Assembly (NCBI RefSeq): GCF_009914755.1
Contig: NC_060939.1
Reading direction: 5' to 3' (one strand)
Source of the DNA: the human T2T-CHM13v2.0 reference genome, Homo sapiens
DNA length: 64,000 nt
In this document: positions 31,956-50,545 of the stretch, piece by piece
Position numbering within the stretch: the stretch's first letter is position 1
Layout of the letters: each line of letters begins with the position of its first letter
The notes under the pieces: generated by a model
What the model saw: only the letters and a program-made list of their open reading frames with translations
What the model was told of the DNA's origin: nothing
The model's database searches: none
Translations under genes and position numbers: made by a program

Positions 31956-34900
31956 TAGCCAGGATGGTCTCGATCTCCTGACCTCGTGATCCACCCGCCT
32001 CGGCCTCCCAAAGTGCTGGGATTACAGGCGTGAGCCACAGCTCCCGGCCAAGAAGGCTCTCTTAAAAGGAATCACTTCTTGTTTTCTTACAAGTTATAAC
32101 CTCACTACCCTAGAGTCACATTTTTTAATAACTTACGAATTTTCTGAATCTTCAAATACCCTATGGCCCCATGGTAAAACATCAGATGACATTTGCCTCT
32201 CATTTAAACCATTTTTCTTTTCCTCTTTCTTCTTTATTTTTCTTATACTCTCTCCTCATTTCTTTTTCTCTCTTCCTATTTCTCTTTTTCTCTCTGCTTC
32301 TTCCTACCTTCCCTCGTGACTTTGTCTCCTCATCCCATCACCGTGCTACTTAGATGCCACATCAATTTGACTAGCCTCAAATTTACAATGAATACTTTTT
32401 AAATTCATGCTTCTGAAACTTTTAAAGGATGAAGAGGTATAAATGTCTCAAATAATAATTTGCTTGATGGCTGAAATGAATGGCATTTCTCAAAAAGGCC
32501 AAGGGACTGAATACAGAAATTTAAACAATAATTTTCCGTTAGTGATACGGTTTGGATGTTTTGTCCCCTCCAAATCTCATGTTGAAATGCGACCTCCAGT
32601 GTTGGAGGTGGGCCTAGTAATAGGTGTTTGTTTCCCAAGGGTGGATCCCCATGAATGGTTTTGTGCTGTCCTCCTGGTAATGAGTGAGTTCTTGCTCTAT
32701 GAATTCACGAGAGATCTTGTTGTTTAAAAGAGCCTGGCATCTCCCTTGCTCCCTCTCTCCCCATGTAATATGCCAGCTCCCCCTTTGCCTTAAGCCATGA
32801 TTGTCAGCTTCCCGGGCCTCAGCAGAAGCTGAGCAGATACTGGTGGCCTGTTTGTACAGCCTGCAAACCATCAGCCCAAATACTCCTCTTTTCTTTATAA
32901 ATTACCCAGTCTCAGGTATTCCTTTATAGCATTGAGATGGACTAACATAGTCAGTTTTGACAACATGAACCTTTCATATTAAAATTTAATTTCTAAATTC
33001 ACTCATTTACTGTGATTGGTTTATAGCTTTTCTGTAATAATGAATTTTACGTGTGACTTTCAATGTGCTTTAAAACTTGATTCACTTTTTAGCTCTATTT
33101 TTGGAAACTACCAGCTTCCACTGTTGAGGCAAAAGTGTCATCATTGAGGCTCTCCTGCTGAGGTAGCTGTTGTCTGATTTCCCTTCAGTTCTACTGCTGT
33201 CCCAGTGGAAAAAGGGAATCTTCACCACTTACATGACATGTTTGCCTGAACTCTAATCTTCCACACTTGCTGTAGAAAAGAGTAAAGTGGCAGTTCAGGG
33301 CAGTTTACCAATTTAGAAACGGTGTCCGCTCAGTATTTTCCTCTGTGTCACTTACTAAAACATATAAAGAAACCATGGACATTAAAAGAAAGAGAGAGGT
33401 TTAATGTGATATTTTAATTCTAACAAGGATTTATGGGCACGTGAATGCTCAAAATCACATACTCCCTTAGTGTTTTTCATCTCACACATATCACATCAGA
33501 CACATATCACACACATCAGGCACATATCACACAGAACTTGCCATAATTAAATTATCAGTTTTTGAAAAATATTATCATTTGCTCTCTTTTTTTCTATATA
33601 AATAAATTTTTTTAAAATATGATTTTCAGTTCTGGGATACATGCAAGGAACATGCAGGTTTGTTATATAGGTATACATGTGCCATATAGGTGGTTTCTTA
33701 TTTGTGCTTTCATCTTATGGCTTTGGCTAGAACTAGATAATAAAAGTATGCATCAATTTAAGAGTTATTTTTAATCATGGTAAGGACATATCTATAACTA
33801 CTTTGTTAAATTTCATCAGTCATGCATGTTAAATATCATTAAATAAATATCAAAAATGGGCTGCTGTACCAGAATACCATAGACTTGGTGGCTTATAAAC
33901 AACAGAAAGGAATTTCTCACAGTTCTGGGGTCTGGGAAATCTAAGACCAAGGTACTAGCCAATCTGGTGTCTGGGAAAAACTTTTGTTCTAGTTCAAAGA
34001 AGGCTGCCCTTTCTCTATAACCTCAGTTGGGGAAGGAGCAAGGGAGTTCAGGGGGCTGCTTTAGAAGGGTGCTAAACCCATTAATGAGGGCTGCTCTCTC
34101 ATGACTTAATTAGTTCCCAAAAGCCCCACCTTCAAAAACCCTCACATTGGCGGTTAGCATTTCAACATATGAATTTGAGAGGGATGTAAACATTTAGTCT
34201 GTAGCAGTAAATGTACAATATAAAGTAAATAGCTTTATTGTTGTGTTGCATTATATTAATATATATTTTCTAGTATTAAATCTTTGTATGCCAAATCACT
34301 GGGGTGGGTGATTTCTTAGTAAGTGTAGAATTCAGTTCCTTTTTCTTTCAGTTAAGAATATTTTAACTATGTTTATAAGGGATACTGTTTAGTAATTTTA
34401 TTCTTTTTGTATTCACTTCATCAAGAGTTAGTAATAGTTATATTTGCTTTGTAAAATGAACTGAAAGGAAGCCACTTTTTATAACTTTATCCATATTTCC
34501 TAGTTTGGGGTCCATTTTACAAGATGTTTTAAACAGATGCTTATTAAAAACACTGGTTATAGGGACTTTAATAAAAATTTTTAAAATAATGTTTTACATT
34601 TCTTGCAAAAATTGATGCCTGCAACCTATTTACTGTTTTTAAAATTAAATTAAGATTCATTTAAGCAGTACATGTTTATTTTAGTGAAACACGTATTTAA
34701 TTTTCTAAGATAGTATTTTTTGTCTTTAAAACAATTTCTGCATGTTTTGTTTTTTTTTCACTTTAAATTTTATGTTTTCTCAGTTTTTGTTTTATCACAT
34801 TTGCTATATTTTTCTGTATCATGGGTTATTTGTTAAAGAATGAACTTGTGTATGTTTATAAATTGTTACTGTTTTTGTTTATAATTTATTGCCTTCTAAC

Positions 34901-36412
34901 TTAATATGTAATTAGCATTCCTTTTAATTTTGCTTGTATGCTTTGCTGTACCATTTTGAAATTCTTGAGTTAAATGCTTAACTAGTTTTTATCAAGTTTA
35001 AATATTAAATTAAATATGTCCCATCAGTTTAGTCATTTTAATATTCTCACTCATCAGACATTTTTTGGGAACACCATATGCCTTTTCATGCAGTCAGTTT
35101 CAAGAAAATGAAAATTACTTTTTATATGTTTATACTCAAAGCTTGGCTAGAGATAAGTCTCCCCTTCCTTAAGTTGGGGAGAAAGTGATTTCTTCCAGGC
35201 TATAGTCAAAAGAGATACAATTATAGTAACTTTTTGTGTTTGTTTGGGTTGTTTCTGTTTGTTTGTTTGTTTGTTTGTTTGAGACGGAGGTTGGATCTTG
35301 TTGCCCAGGCTGGAGTGTAGTGGCATAATCTCAGCTCACTGCAACCTCCGCCTCCTGGGTTCAAGCAATTCTAAACATATTTTAGCACAAAACTGTTTAA
35401 GATTTCAATTTATATCTTTTTATTATGTTCCATATACTCTTTTGATACATTACCCATTATGTTGATTATTAACGTACACTCAAGTCAAGATCTTTTATTA
35501 TGTGAGGTCATCAGTCAATGATAACAGATATTGATGAATTAGTCTCCTCATCAGAAATTGAGCAACATTTTCATTCAAGACGACACATGGGCCTTTAAAG
35601 CATATTCAATAATACTGAGTCTCAGTCTTCTCCTGCTATTTTCTGAATGTGCATTTAGACCTTTATACATCTATCTATCTACTGACCCATTTATTAAATT
35701 TTCAGCATTTACTTTGTACTCCAAGGACCAGAACCATGTTTGTCTTGTTCACTGCTGTACTCCTATTGCAAGGACCTAGAACATAGTAGGAGCTCATTAA
35801 ACCCTGAGGATTCAAAATAAGTGAATAGAGGTTGTAGCAGGAAGAAGTCTAAGATAGCCCCTATGACCTTCATTACCTCATGTTACCCTGTTGATACCTC
35901 ACACGGCAAAGGAGTCTTGCACATGTCACTAAGGCTAATAATCCGTCAGTCTTAAGACGGGGGGAGTATCTGGGTAAACCTAACCTAATCACACCAAAAC
36001 TTCACAATCAGGGAGTTTTCTACAACTGAGAGTAGAATGGGAAGTCAGAGAGTTTCAGAGTCCAAGAAGCATTTATAGCACCCTTATTGACTTTGAAGAT
36101 GCTTTGCTTCTTCTTTTGAGTTCAGTTTGAGATTATCTTTCTAATAATTGATTAGATTTTATTCTTGTAAAAAAAGAGATAATTTAAAGGAATCTATTTT
36201 TAAATACTCTGAGGAGGGTGATACTAGGGGTGCTGGTTGTCCTGTTTTAACTTTGTCTTAATTTCTAATGTAATTAAATTTTGAGTAGGTAATGTGACCT
36301 GTGTGGTTTTTATTTTAAAAAATATATTGAGGTTTTATATAATCTATTTTTAAAATTTTCAATGGAAACTTGAAAAAATACTGTTTCACATATTCTCGTA
36401 TATATATATTAA

Positions 36413-36613
<201 letters not shown>

Positions 36614-36954
36614 TAGTGGAGACAGAGTTTCACCGTGTTAGCCAGGATGGTCTCGATTTCCTGACCTCGTGATCCGCCCGCCTCAGCCTCCCAAAGTGCT
36701 GGGATTACAGGCGTGAGCCACTTAGCCCGGCCTAATTATTTGTTTTTTAAAAGACGGTACATAGGAAGAAGTAAATCAGGAAAAGTGGATAGTGATTGGT
36801 GGCAGTAGAAGTGAGTCAGTGTTACAGTTACTATTGCTGCTTAAGAAACTTCCCCAAATGGCCTGGGCGCCGTGGCTCACGCCTGTAATCCCAGCAGTTT
36901 GGGAGGCTGAGACGGGCGGATCATGAGTTCAGGAGATCGAGACCATCCTGCCTA

Positions 36955-37188
<234 letters not shown>

Positions 37189-37449
37189 CTAAATTTAATA
37201 AGGTAAAACAACGACCACTTCATTATATCTCATGGATCCTATAGGTGAGAAATTCCAGCAGGATTCATCTGAGTGATTCTTCCTCTCTCACATCATTAAC
37301 TAGGGTGACTCAGTGCTAGTCGGCTGGCAAACAAGTCAGTCTGGAAGGTGCAAGGTGCTTTTTTTCTGTCTTATAAATTGATGGAGTTGTCTGGAAGGCA
37401 AGGCTCAGATGGGAAGGACTCTTAGTTATAGTGCCTGCACAGGGTAAAC

Positions 37450-37751
<302 letters not shown>

Positions 37752-37992
37752 TGCACAGGGTAAACTTCTTATATGGCTGCTGGCTTTCCGCAGATCAAAC
37801 ACTCCAAGGGAACCAGGTGGAAAATGCCTGGTCTCTTTTTATCTCACTTTAAAGGTCAGGTAGAATTATTTGTCATACTCTATTGATTGTAGCAGTCACA
37901 AGCACGTCCAGATTTAGGGAAGGGAGACATAGACCTATTTTTTGATGAGAAGAATATCAACCTGTTTTTGGACTATGTTTAAAACTGCCACA
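37752..37992 (-). mobile_element. Continuation of the MLT1 LTR beyond Alu 3
   Basis: cttcttatatggctgctggctttcc...tctattgattgtagcagtcacaagc...agacatagacc...tttaaaactgccaca. Confidence 0.65.
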
Positions 37993-38014
37993 CATGACAA
38001 TTACACACCAGGTA

Positions 38015-39280
38015 GAAGGCATTTGGGGACAGACTTGAAGGAAATGAGGAGGAATCGTGCTCTGCTGAAACAAGAGCATTCCAAAGAGAGACCACAGCTT
38101 GGGCAAAAGCCCTGAGTCGGAATCATGTGGACTTATTCTTAGAACAGCATCGAGGAAGCCATTATAGCTGGAGTAGAATGAGAAGGGGGAAGAGTATTAG
38201 TAGATGGTGGCAGAGAAATAAACATGAGAAGACGGATGATGGAACGAGCACCTTGTACGTCATTTTAAGGACTTTGGCTGTTCCTCAAACTGACATGGGA
38301 CCATTGAAAGATTTTTTTATTTTTTATTTTTTAAATTTAACTTTTAAGTTCAGTGGTACACGTGCAGGTTTGTTATGTAGGTAAACTTGTGTCATGGGGG
38401 TTTGTTGTACGGATTATTCTGTTACCCACATGGTAAACCTGCTACCCACTAGTTGTTTTTCCTGATCCTCTCCCTCCTCCCAGCTTTCACCCTCCTTTTC
38501 AAAATAAGACATACGTGCAGCCAACAAACGTAGAAAAAAAGCTCAGCATCACTGATCATTAAAGAAATGCACATCAGAAGTACAATGAGATACTATCTCA
38601 CACCATTCAGAATGGTTATTATTAAAAAGCTAAAAAATAACATGCTGGCAATATTGTGGAGAAAAGGCAACATTTCTACACTGTTGGTGGGAGTGTAAAT
38701 TAGTTCAGCCATTGTGGAAGACAGTGTGGTGATTCCTCAAACACCTAAAAGAACTACCATTCGACCCGGCAATCCTATTACTGGGTATACACCCAAAGGA
38801 ATATAAATTGTTCTGTCATAAAGACACATGCATGCATATGTTTATTGCAGCGCTATTCACAGTAGCAAAGGCATGGAATCAACATAAATGCCCATCAATG
38901 GTAGACTGGATAAAGAAAATGTGGTATATATACACCATGGCATATTATGCCACCATAAAAGATGAGATCACACCCTTTGTAGGAACATGGATGGAGCTGG
39001 AAGCCATTATCCTTAGCCAACTAATGCAGGAACAGAAAACCAAATGTTCCCACTTAGAAGCGAGAGTCAAAGGGGAGAATACATGAACACGTAGAGGGGA
39101 ACAACATTGAAAGATATAAGCAAAGAAGTGATATCATCTGAATTGCATTTCTGAGATTTCTCTGGCACTTGTGTAAAAAATAGCTGAAAGGAATCAACGG
39201 CAGAAGCTGGGAGACCAGTTAGGGAGCTTTTGCAATAACCATAAGAGGAAATATGTGTGGCTTAGACTAGGAATCGTCAG
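38015..39280 (-). mobile_element. L2 fragment interrupted by an L1 insertion
   Basis: gagcattccaaagagag...gcaaaagccctgag...ttaaggactttggc...ccattgaaagat [L1] aagcaaagaagtgatatcatctga...gaagctgggagaccagttagggag. Confidence 0.6.
38313..39104 (-). mobile_element. 5'-truncated, 5'-inverted L1 (older L1PA) with 11-bp TSD
   Basis: 38313-38495 is the reverse-strand L1 tail; 38496-39104 is the L1 ORF2 end and 3'UTR on + (ORF 38808..39086, KDTCMHMFIAALFTVAK); TSD cattgaaagat at 38302-38312 and 39105-39115. Confidence 0.9.
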
Positions 39281-40581
39281 GTTGGGAGTGCTCATATTCA
39301 AATGTGGTCAGAATCCGGACATTTTGAGTGAGCCTACAGAAAGCTTTAATACTGTCTCAAACTAAAGGATATAGAAGGTTTTCCCTTTCTCTTGCCCTGA
39401 AACCTTCTGTATCCTTTATTTTGAGATAGTATTAGAATTCTTACTATCTTACTGACAATTCTCACTATCTTGTTTTATAACTTGGAACATGATTATAATT
39501 ATAGTATTGTTAAATATTTTATTTTTATTTTATAATTATACTTTAAAAATATTATTTTGGTAAATAATCATAAAATATGAAAAATAAATCTTTCCATTAA
39601 CTGAATCAATTGTCCCCTTGCAGGATTTTGGCTTCACAACTTCCTAATCCTTGAAATATTAATTTTGATTATTTTTCTAATATGTACCCATATGTCTTTG
39701 AGTAAATTTTTATTGGAAGGACAAATCAGTGCTGGATATACAGATGCCATTGCTTCGTACTCAGGTAAAGACAACCTGATATTTATGATCCTCTTGATCA
39801 TATTTTTATTCTCTTAAAATCTTTATGTCTTCTAATAATGTTAACAGAGAAGAAAAAAAGTCTTATCTAAGCCTGACTTTTTATTTTTAAGGAAGTTTTT
39901 TTCTTTATTTGTAAAATTCAGGAGTTTGGCTAGTTGTTATTTAAATATGGAGAACTCTTCCTTGTTTCTTCCCCCTCCCTGCCTAGAAACTGGTTGGTGC
40001 TTTTATTATTCGTACTTCAGTGATAGCTTTGATTATTGTTTCAGATCTCCTTGCCCTTGTGTCTTTCCCCAGTACACAAACTATTCTCGAGGTGGAACCT
40101 GTGGTCTCTGGCATACCCATCCGCCTTCTTCTCTGTCATTAGTTCATCTCTTCCTTTGCCCTCCAGAGCTCTGATTCAATTGCTGCTTGAACTTTTCAGT
40201 GTGTCAGTTTCTTTCTCCACGGATTTCCCTGTGGATGGAAAATCTGCCCTTGCACTTTAGTTTTCATAGAAGCCTCATCTCAGCTATCTCCCATTTTGTG
40301 ATATGAGCCTCTTTTGTTATTGTAGCCTTCATCTCCTATTTCCTAAATTCCATGTGTTTCTACATACTGTTCATAGACAAATAGTTTAAAGCAATGTTCT
40401 ATAGTTTCTTGTGGTTTGAAAGTCATATATTTTTAAATACGTTTTCTCCCCCTGAGAATTCAGCATACAGTTTCATTTTTCTTGTACGCAGGATGATTTT
40501 TAGGATTTTTTTTCTGTTATATTTTTTCCATTCTGGTTACCTAGAAGGTAGTGATTATTACCCCAAACCAGGGTTTGATAC

Positions 40582-40948
40582 TGTGTTAGTCCACTTTCAT
40601 ACTGCTATGAAGAAATACCTGAGACTGGGTAATTTATAAAGAAAAAAAGGTTTAATGGACTCAGTTCCACGTGGCTGGGGAAGCCTCACAATCATGGCAG
40701 AAGGCAAAGGAGGAGCAAAGACATGTCTTACATGGTGGCAGGCAAGAGAGAGAGCATGTGCAGGGGAACTCCCCTTTATAAAACCATCAGATCTTGTGAG
40801 ACTTATTCGGTTTCACAAGAACAACACAGGGAGAAACCCATCCCCATGATTCAATTACCTCCCACTGGGTCCCTTTCATGACATATGGGGATTATGGGAG
40901 CTATAATTCAAGATGAGATTTGGGTAGGGACATAGCCAAACCATATCA
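40582..40948 (-). mobile_element. THE1 LTR (THE1C/D-like)
   Basis: tgtgttagtccactttcatactgctatgaagaaatacctgagactgggtaatttataaag...gatgagatttgggtagggacatagccaaaccatatca. Confidence 0.92.
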
Positions 40949-42365
<1,417 letters not shown>

Positions 42366-42783
42366 AAAAAATCTTATACATTATAATGCTCAAATTTTAT
42401 CCTTTAATAAGTCATAACGGAGAAACATGCTAATGATTTCACAATTAAATGTGACGTTCATTTAGTGTTTTGCTTTGTAATATTAAATATTTTATTGTTT
42501 TCCATGTGATACCTTTTCCTTTAAAATTCTACTTAATCTACTTAAATCTACTTAAATCGATGATGTTATAAATAGTCTTTGATTTTTACTTTATTAATCT
42601 TTGTACATTTTAATATCGTTAAACTTACAGGAACAGTTTGTACACTTCATGGAAATAGAGTAGAGTAATAGAGTTTGATTATTTGTTTTGTTTTCAGCTG
42701 AGGGTTTTTTTTTTTTGGTAATTTCAGTCTTAGAGTCTTTCTTTTCAGCAGTTAGTGGTATAATTCATATTTGTTTCTCATAG

Positions 42784-43174
<391 letters not shown>

Positions 43175-43301
43175 TAATTATTTGTTTTTTAAAAGATGGT
43201 ACATACGAGGAAGTAAATCAGGAAAGGAGGATAGTGATTGGTGGCAGTAGAAGTGAGTCAGTGTTACAGTTACTATTGCTGCTTAAGAAACTACCCCAAA
43301 T

Positions 43302-43617
<316 letters not shown>

Positions 43618-43876
43618 CTACCCCAAATTTAATAAGGTAAAACAACGACCACTTCATTGTATCTCATGGATCCTATAGGTGAGAAATTCCAGCAGGATTC
43701 GTCTGAGTGATTCTTCCTCTCTCATATCATTAACTAGGGTGACTCAGTGCTATGCGGCTGGCAAACAAGTCAGTCTGGAAGGTGCAAGGTGCTTTTTTTC
43801 TGTCTTATGTATTGGTGGGGTTGTCTGGAAGGCAAGGCTCAGATGGGAGGGACTCGTAGTTATAGTGCCTGCATAG

Positions 43877-44180
<304 letters not shown>

Positions 44181-44915
44181 TGTGCTCACCCATATTTCTG
44201 TTTGCTGTGTGGTGCAGTGCGACCACACGGTTCTTCAGACACAACCTCTGCTTTCTCATTTACCTCAACACTTTAACCCTTAGATTCTTTTTTACTATAC
44301 TTCAGTGTATTTCCCAGGCATATATTGTCTATGAGGGATAAAATAAAATATCAATTAAAAACAAAAAAATTCAGAGAAATATTAACCATTCACTCTTCTA
44401 AGTTCTCAAAGGTTACATTCTTCACCAAATCATATAACCAGGTCCCAATAAAATACCATCATGCAGGGAATTTAACATCATGTAGTTTAAAATACCATCA
44501 TGCGGGCAGCTTTCAACTAAGCATCCTGTAAGAAAAGATCATTTGTTCTTACATCTTTAAAAGTTTGGAAATTGCTATGGAAGATTATTTTTATTATATT
44601 GTCCATTGTCTGTTGCTTGAAGACATATATTTTGCTTGAGTTTAGAGTTACCAAAAAATAGTTGCTGATATATCCAGATACTATTTTATTAACTAACAAT
44701 ACCTATTTGAATTCTGGTTTTCCTTTTGGCCTTTAAGAACAAGGGGCTTAGGACTAAATTTTAGGCTGAAGGGTAGTGTTTCCTTCCCTAGGTTGTCCCA
44801 TGTAATTGTCACCTCTTTCTCTTCATTATTCTGTCATTTTGCCCTTGTTTTATAGTGTCTGTGCCTTTCATTCTAAGCTGTCTCAGGGGCTTTTCTGGAA
44901 ATACACAGTGTATAA

Positions 44916-45241
<326 letters not shown>

Positions 45242-46168
45242 AACACACTTCTTTATTTTGTTTTCAAAGATGCTTGGGTGGGACTAGATGACCTCTAAGG
45301 TCCTTTCCAGCTCTAAATTTACGTTACTTTCACCAAAGACAGACAAAAAAAAAAATCTGTTAGGTTATAGGTCTAGAGATGAGTGCCAAGTACTATATTC
45401 CTGCTCTAGGTGCATTTCTTGTTGAAGGCAGTGCTAGATTCAGTGACCTGTTACGGCCGTTTACAGTCTTATGGTGATAAAACAAGAGAACTGATTGCTA
45501 AAAAAAAAAAAAAAATTCAGTTGAAATATCTTTTTACTCTTAAGCATCAACAAAAAATAAATAGAAAACAGAAGAGTTGAATTATTTAGTTTGAGCTATT
45601 TGTAATAAATTTGGACAACTAAGCTAAGCCCGAGTGTAGTTAATTCAATGAAATTAGTCATATTTGAATATTGTCACAACCTTACTACCACATTAGCATT
45701 AAGTGTGATTAAAATTTATTCTTTGTTTCTGTGTGAGTCTCCACAGAATCAGCTATCAACACCTTCATAATAAACTAGCCCTTCATTGCTTTCAGGAAAC
45801 TTTTAGATTCAGAGCAGGTGGTTGGGCTTCTGCTTTAAAAGAGAACACATCATTTTTAAAGTCCCTTTCCTGTTTGTGTGTGTGAATTTAGAACACAGAA
45901 ATTATCCATTGCATTGTTTATTTTTGCTAGGAGGTAGAAGTTCTTAAAAATATAGGAAATACTAGATATCATGTACTGATAATTTCCAAAGCTAATTATT
46001 TTTCTTAAGTCCAAGCTATAATTTAAGAGGTGTACTTGTGAAATATGAATATTGTTTTAGATTAATAAAATGTTTCTCATGGAAAAATAGAATATGATTT
46101 TGTCGAAGTTCAAGGGAATATCCATTTTCATTCAGGTAGCTTCCAGATTTTTGTCTTTACATGTTCTG

Positions 46169-46611
46169 TGCAGTGATTTAAATACCGTACCTCCAAAATT
46201 TATGTCCATTAGGAACTTTAGAATGTGATTTTATTTGGAAGTAGGGTCTTTGCAGATATAATTAACCCAGTGATTGAGATGAGGTCATCCTGGGTGAAGG
46301 TGGGCCCTAAATCCAGTGTAAATGTCCTTATAACATACAGGAAAAGACACACACAAGGTCATGTGAAGATGGAGACAGAAATTGGAGTTATGCAGTCATA
46401 AATCAAAGAAAGCCAAGGATTGCCAGGAGCCACTGGAAACCAGGAAGAAGCGAGGGAGAATTCTTCCCTAGGGTCTTCAGGGGGAGTGTGGCCCCGCCAA
46501 CATCTTGATTTCAGAGGTCCAGGCTTCAGAACTATGAGAGAATATATTTCTGTCCTCTTAACCCACCAAGTGTGTGATAATTAGGTATGATGGCCCTAGG
46601 CAACTACTACA
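46169..46611 (+). mobile_element. MLT1B/C-like solo LTR
   Basis: gaatgtgattttatttggaagtagggtctttgcagatataatt...gtgaagatggagacagaaattggagttatgcag...gccctaggcaactactaca. Confidence 0.88.
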
Positions 46612-49221
46612 CTCTAATTCAGAAGTTCTTCTGGATTTTATTGTATCATGTGTTGGTAGGAAGTACCTGGCTGTTTCATTTGCATGATATGTGGGTAATC
46701 TTAGAATTATCATATCTTGCAAGTAATTTTAAAGTATGTTGTAATGTAGTCAGAAGCTTTTTAAATATGAAATTTAATTCATGCTGGTGTCAATTACATT
46801 TGAAAAAATACAAAAAAGCTATATAAGATTCTAGGATCTTTCAGAATTTTATAATGTTTATAATGGACAGTTGGTTAAATAAAAATTGTACCCTAAACAA
46901 TTTTGTTGTTGGCTTAAAATAGCGTTTAATTTATTAGTGCTCAGATAATAGTTATCCCCTAAATAGCATTTTTACTTTCATATGTTGATATCAAACAGTG
47001 AAGTGAGACAGCAAATCAGTACAACGTGGTGATTATCAAACATCATAAATCCATGAAGGATAGCCTTGATCTTACTGAGAAGAGTTTAATTTTAAAATGC
47101 ATACCTGGAAAAGGCAACTTAGATTAACATTTCAAACTCACATAGCATTATTTGTGATTGATTATAGTTATAATTGATCATTTTACTTTTGGACCGTCAC
47201 TTTGAATCAAATTGGGATAAATATAAATTAAAGATTGATTATTTGCTTTGAATTTTAGATTAAAAAATTCAAAAACCATAAAAACAGAGCTTTGACTATA
47301 ATAAAGGTATTTATCCTTTCTTGGTAAGAATTGGGGAGGGGTTTAAGAAAAGGCTAAGCAATGTTCTATTTTTTACATAGGGAAAAGTTTATTTGTGCTA
47401 CTTTTTAATTAGGTAGTTTGTTGTTTTTTAAATGACAGCTTCCTAAACACTACTGATTTTACATGTGCAGTCATTAGCTTTTCATGTGGAAATAGTATCT
47501 TTCAAATTCACGCAGCTGCTTATTTTATGAAATGCAATGGGACTACTTACTTGCCACCTGTCTAAACTGGAATGCATAGATTCATGCCTTGCCAAATGAG
47601 GAGTTAGGGTGAAAAGTGATTAACATCCATTCTTTAATGAGTTTCTAAGTCTTTCTGAACATGTTTTTATTCTATTTATTGCAGTGGTATAGTAACATTT
47701 TCGTGTTGGTTGCTGTACAAAGCATGATAATACCTTTATTAAAGCAATGTTAATGACATCCATAAGATATCATAAAATATTATATTCTTAATAGGAAATT
47801 TGTTATATATAAATAACAATAAAGATCGTAATAAGCTCTCCTTAATTCTGTTTATTTTGACTTCATTATTAAGTTTGGAAACATAGGTGTCAAATTTAGA
47901 CATTATTTATATGTAATTATAAAGCCAAATAAATGTTAGAGATTAACTTAAAAAGAGTTTTGTGGCTTAACAATTGAAGTGAGATAGTGAGATCACAAGG
48001 GGCTTAATCATTCTGAATTGATTCTACAGATGTCTCCTTTCTCTAGATGCCCTGTAAGCTTCCTATCTTCCATGAAAGTTTATTCCCATAATCCTGGCAC
48101 ATAAAATTAGTCATATAACTCTTTTCCATTCTGAGATTTCAAGGATTAGGACTTTCAACATAGAGAAAACGTGCTGTGTAGAAGCTGAATGTACAAAAGG
48201 CAACACTTGGCAACGGAATCCAGTATTTCCCAAGTATTTGAGGAAACTTACAAAACCCAAATCTCTAGTACTTGCTTTCACATTTGCTATCAGAACCAGG
48301 AAGGGAGGCCTAGAAATGGTTTGAATGGAAAATTTGTTGTTGTAGAAGGGGTTCCCATTCACTGGTGAATAGACACAACGTATTTCCCAACCTTCTTTTA
48401 ATCCAAGATAGCAACATTTTTACTGGAGCCAAAGATAAAACCAGTATTTAATCTCCTAGAAATTAGGAGATGTATGACTCTGGAAATGGAAAGAATTTTC
48501 ATATCCAGCCACATAACCAAGTCCTGCAAGAACATAATAAACAAACCAATCAAACAACAAGAATAACAACCACAACATGGTCCCCATTCTGTCTTTAACC
48601 TCTGATAGAAAGAGCAGTAATGGTAAGACGAGAAAGCTCTCGTCAAGTGTTTTCCTCATCTACTGTTAATGATTTATTCTTACATCCTGTCCCAGTCCAA
48701 TTATGAAAAAATTCTAAGAGAGATCCCTTTAGCTGACTTGTAATGAATTCCAGGGTCACATTCCAGATATTGTTTTCCCCTGAAATCGTGTAAGTGCACA
48801 TCAAAATACTATACTTTTGGTGTGAATCTGAGCCAAATTCTATTGTATTCTAAATAAAGTGAAACTCCTATCAGCCAATAGGGCACGGTATCAGTTTCAA
48901 ATAAGACAAGTTGGTAAAGTCAGGAGAAATGACTTCCTCCTTCCTCCTGATGTGCTGTATATAGATGTATTAGCACTGCCTTTTAATATTTTATGTGTTC
49001 AACAGAGAGGGAACTAACATCTTGTTAATCCTCATTTGAAAACAATTTTGCGAATGTAAATGTAGCAGGGCTTTTGCCTTTTTTCCTTCTTCATGAAAAA
49101 CAAGTAGTGCTTGGGGAGCAAGTGTTCCTGTTCAACTGCTGTCACTCATTCCCAGCTCTGTTTAGAAGAAATAAGCACAGATGGTTGGTCTACTACTTCC
49201 CCAACGAAAAATTTGCCTGTT

Positions 49222-49610
<389 letters not shown>

Positions 49611-49914
49611 TTATCCACTGCTTGTGCATGAAAGAGAAAAAGAAGAAATTAATGATTTATTAAAATTTCATGAGGGGAACTCAAAAACGCTTTGTTACAA
49701 AAAAATTTAATTTAGAAACCGTGTATTTTGCATGCAAAATTAAAGTCTTCAGGGAAGTAAGTTTTTATATCAGACTTGCATCCTAAAGTACTCATTTAAT
49801 GATGGCAGAACCACTTCATCCATGTTAAAAATACCTGTGTGGGTCTTTTTTATTTATACTGTGGCTTAATGAAAATTTGTCTATTGTAAATATATTAAGA
49901 AAAAGAGCATAAAG

Positions 49915-50545
49915 ACTTTTTAACATAATTTTCTAACGCTGAAAATACATACAAACAGTAAAATACCCAAATCTTAACTGTACAGCTCAATACTTCTTTT
50001 GTTTTTAAACAAACTTAGCCCTTCTGTGTATCCAGTACTCAAATCAGGAAATTTTATATTATTACTTCTTCTAGACACTATTTCATAGGATAGCTCTTAT
50101 GGTGATTTGGAACATAACTGATGAGTTTTACAATTTTTAGTGAATTAGATCGTAGAATATGTTCTGTATCTTGCTTCTTTCATTCAATATTTAGTTTATA
50201 AGATTTGTTAATCTTTTTGCATATAGTTGTAATTTGTTAGGTTCTCATTGCTATATACTATATCATTATACAAATATAAGTTCAATTTGTGGTTATTTTG
50301 AATGGTGCCTCTCTGAGCATTCATGTATTTGTCTTTTGGTAAATATTGCTGGGTATATGCTCAGGGTCATAGAATATGGTCAGATTTAGCATACATGGAA
50401 AATGGTGGTGTCCATCAGTTTACATTTCCATCCACAATGGGAGAGAGTTCTAGTTGCTCCGCATCTTTGCCAACACTTGGTATCATTTCTCTCTTTCATT
50501 TGAACTGTTCTGATGTGTATGTATCACTATTTCAATTGTGGTTAT
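49915..50545 (-). mobile_element. Old L1M (L1ME/MD-like) 3' fragment
   Basis: atacatacaaacagtaaaatacccaaatcttaactgtacagctcaat...tttacatttccatccacaatgggagagagttctagttgctccgcatctttgccaacacttggtat. Confidence 0.7.

Noticed and set aside
38808-39086. 92-aa ORF (and the 139-aa ORF at 52303-52722)
   Set aside because: Decayed L1 ORF2 C-terminal fragments, not genes.
44450-44505. Direct repeat aaataccatcatgc twice
   Set aside because: A tiny local duplication with no further structure.
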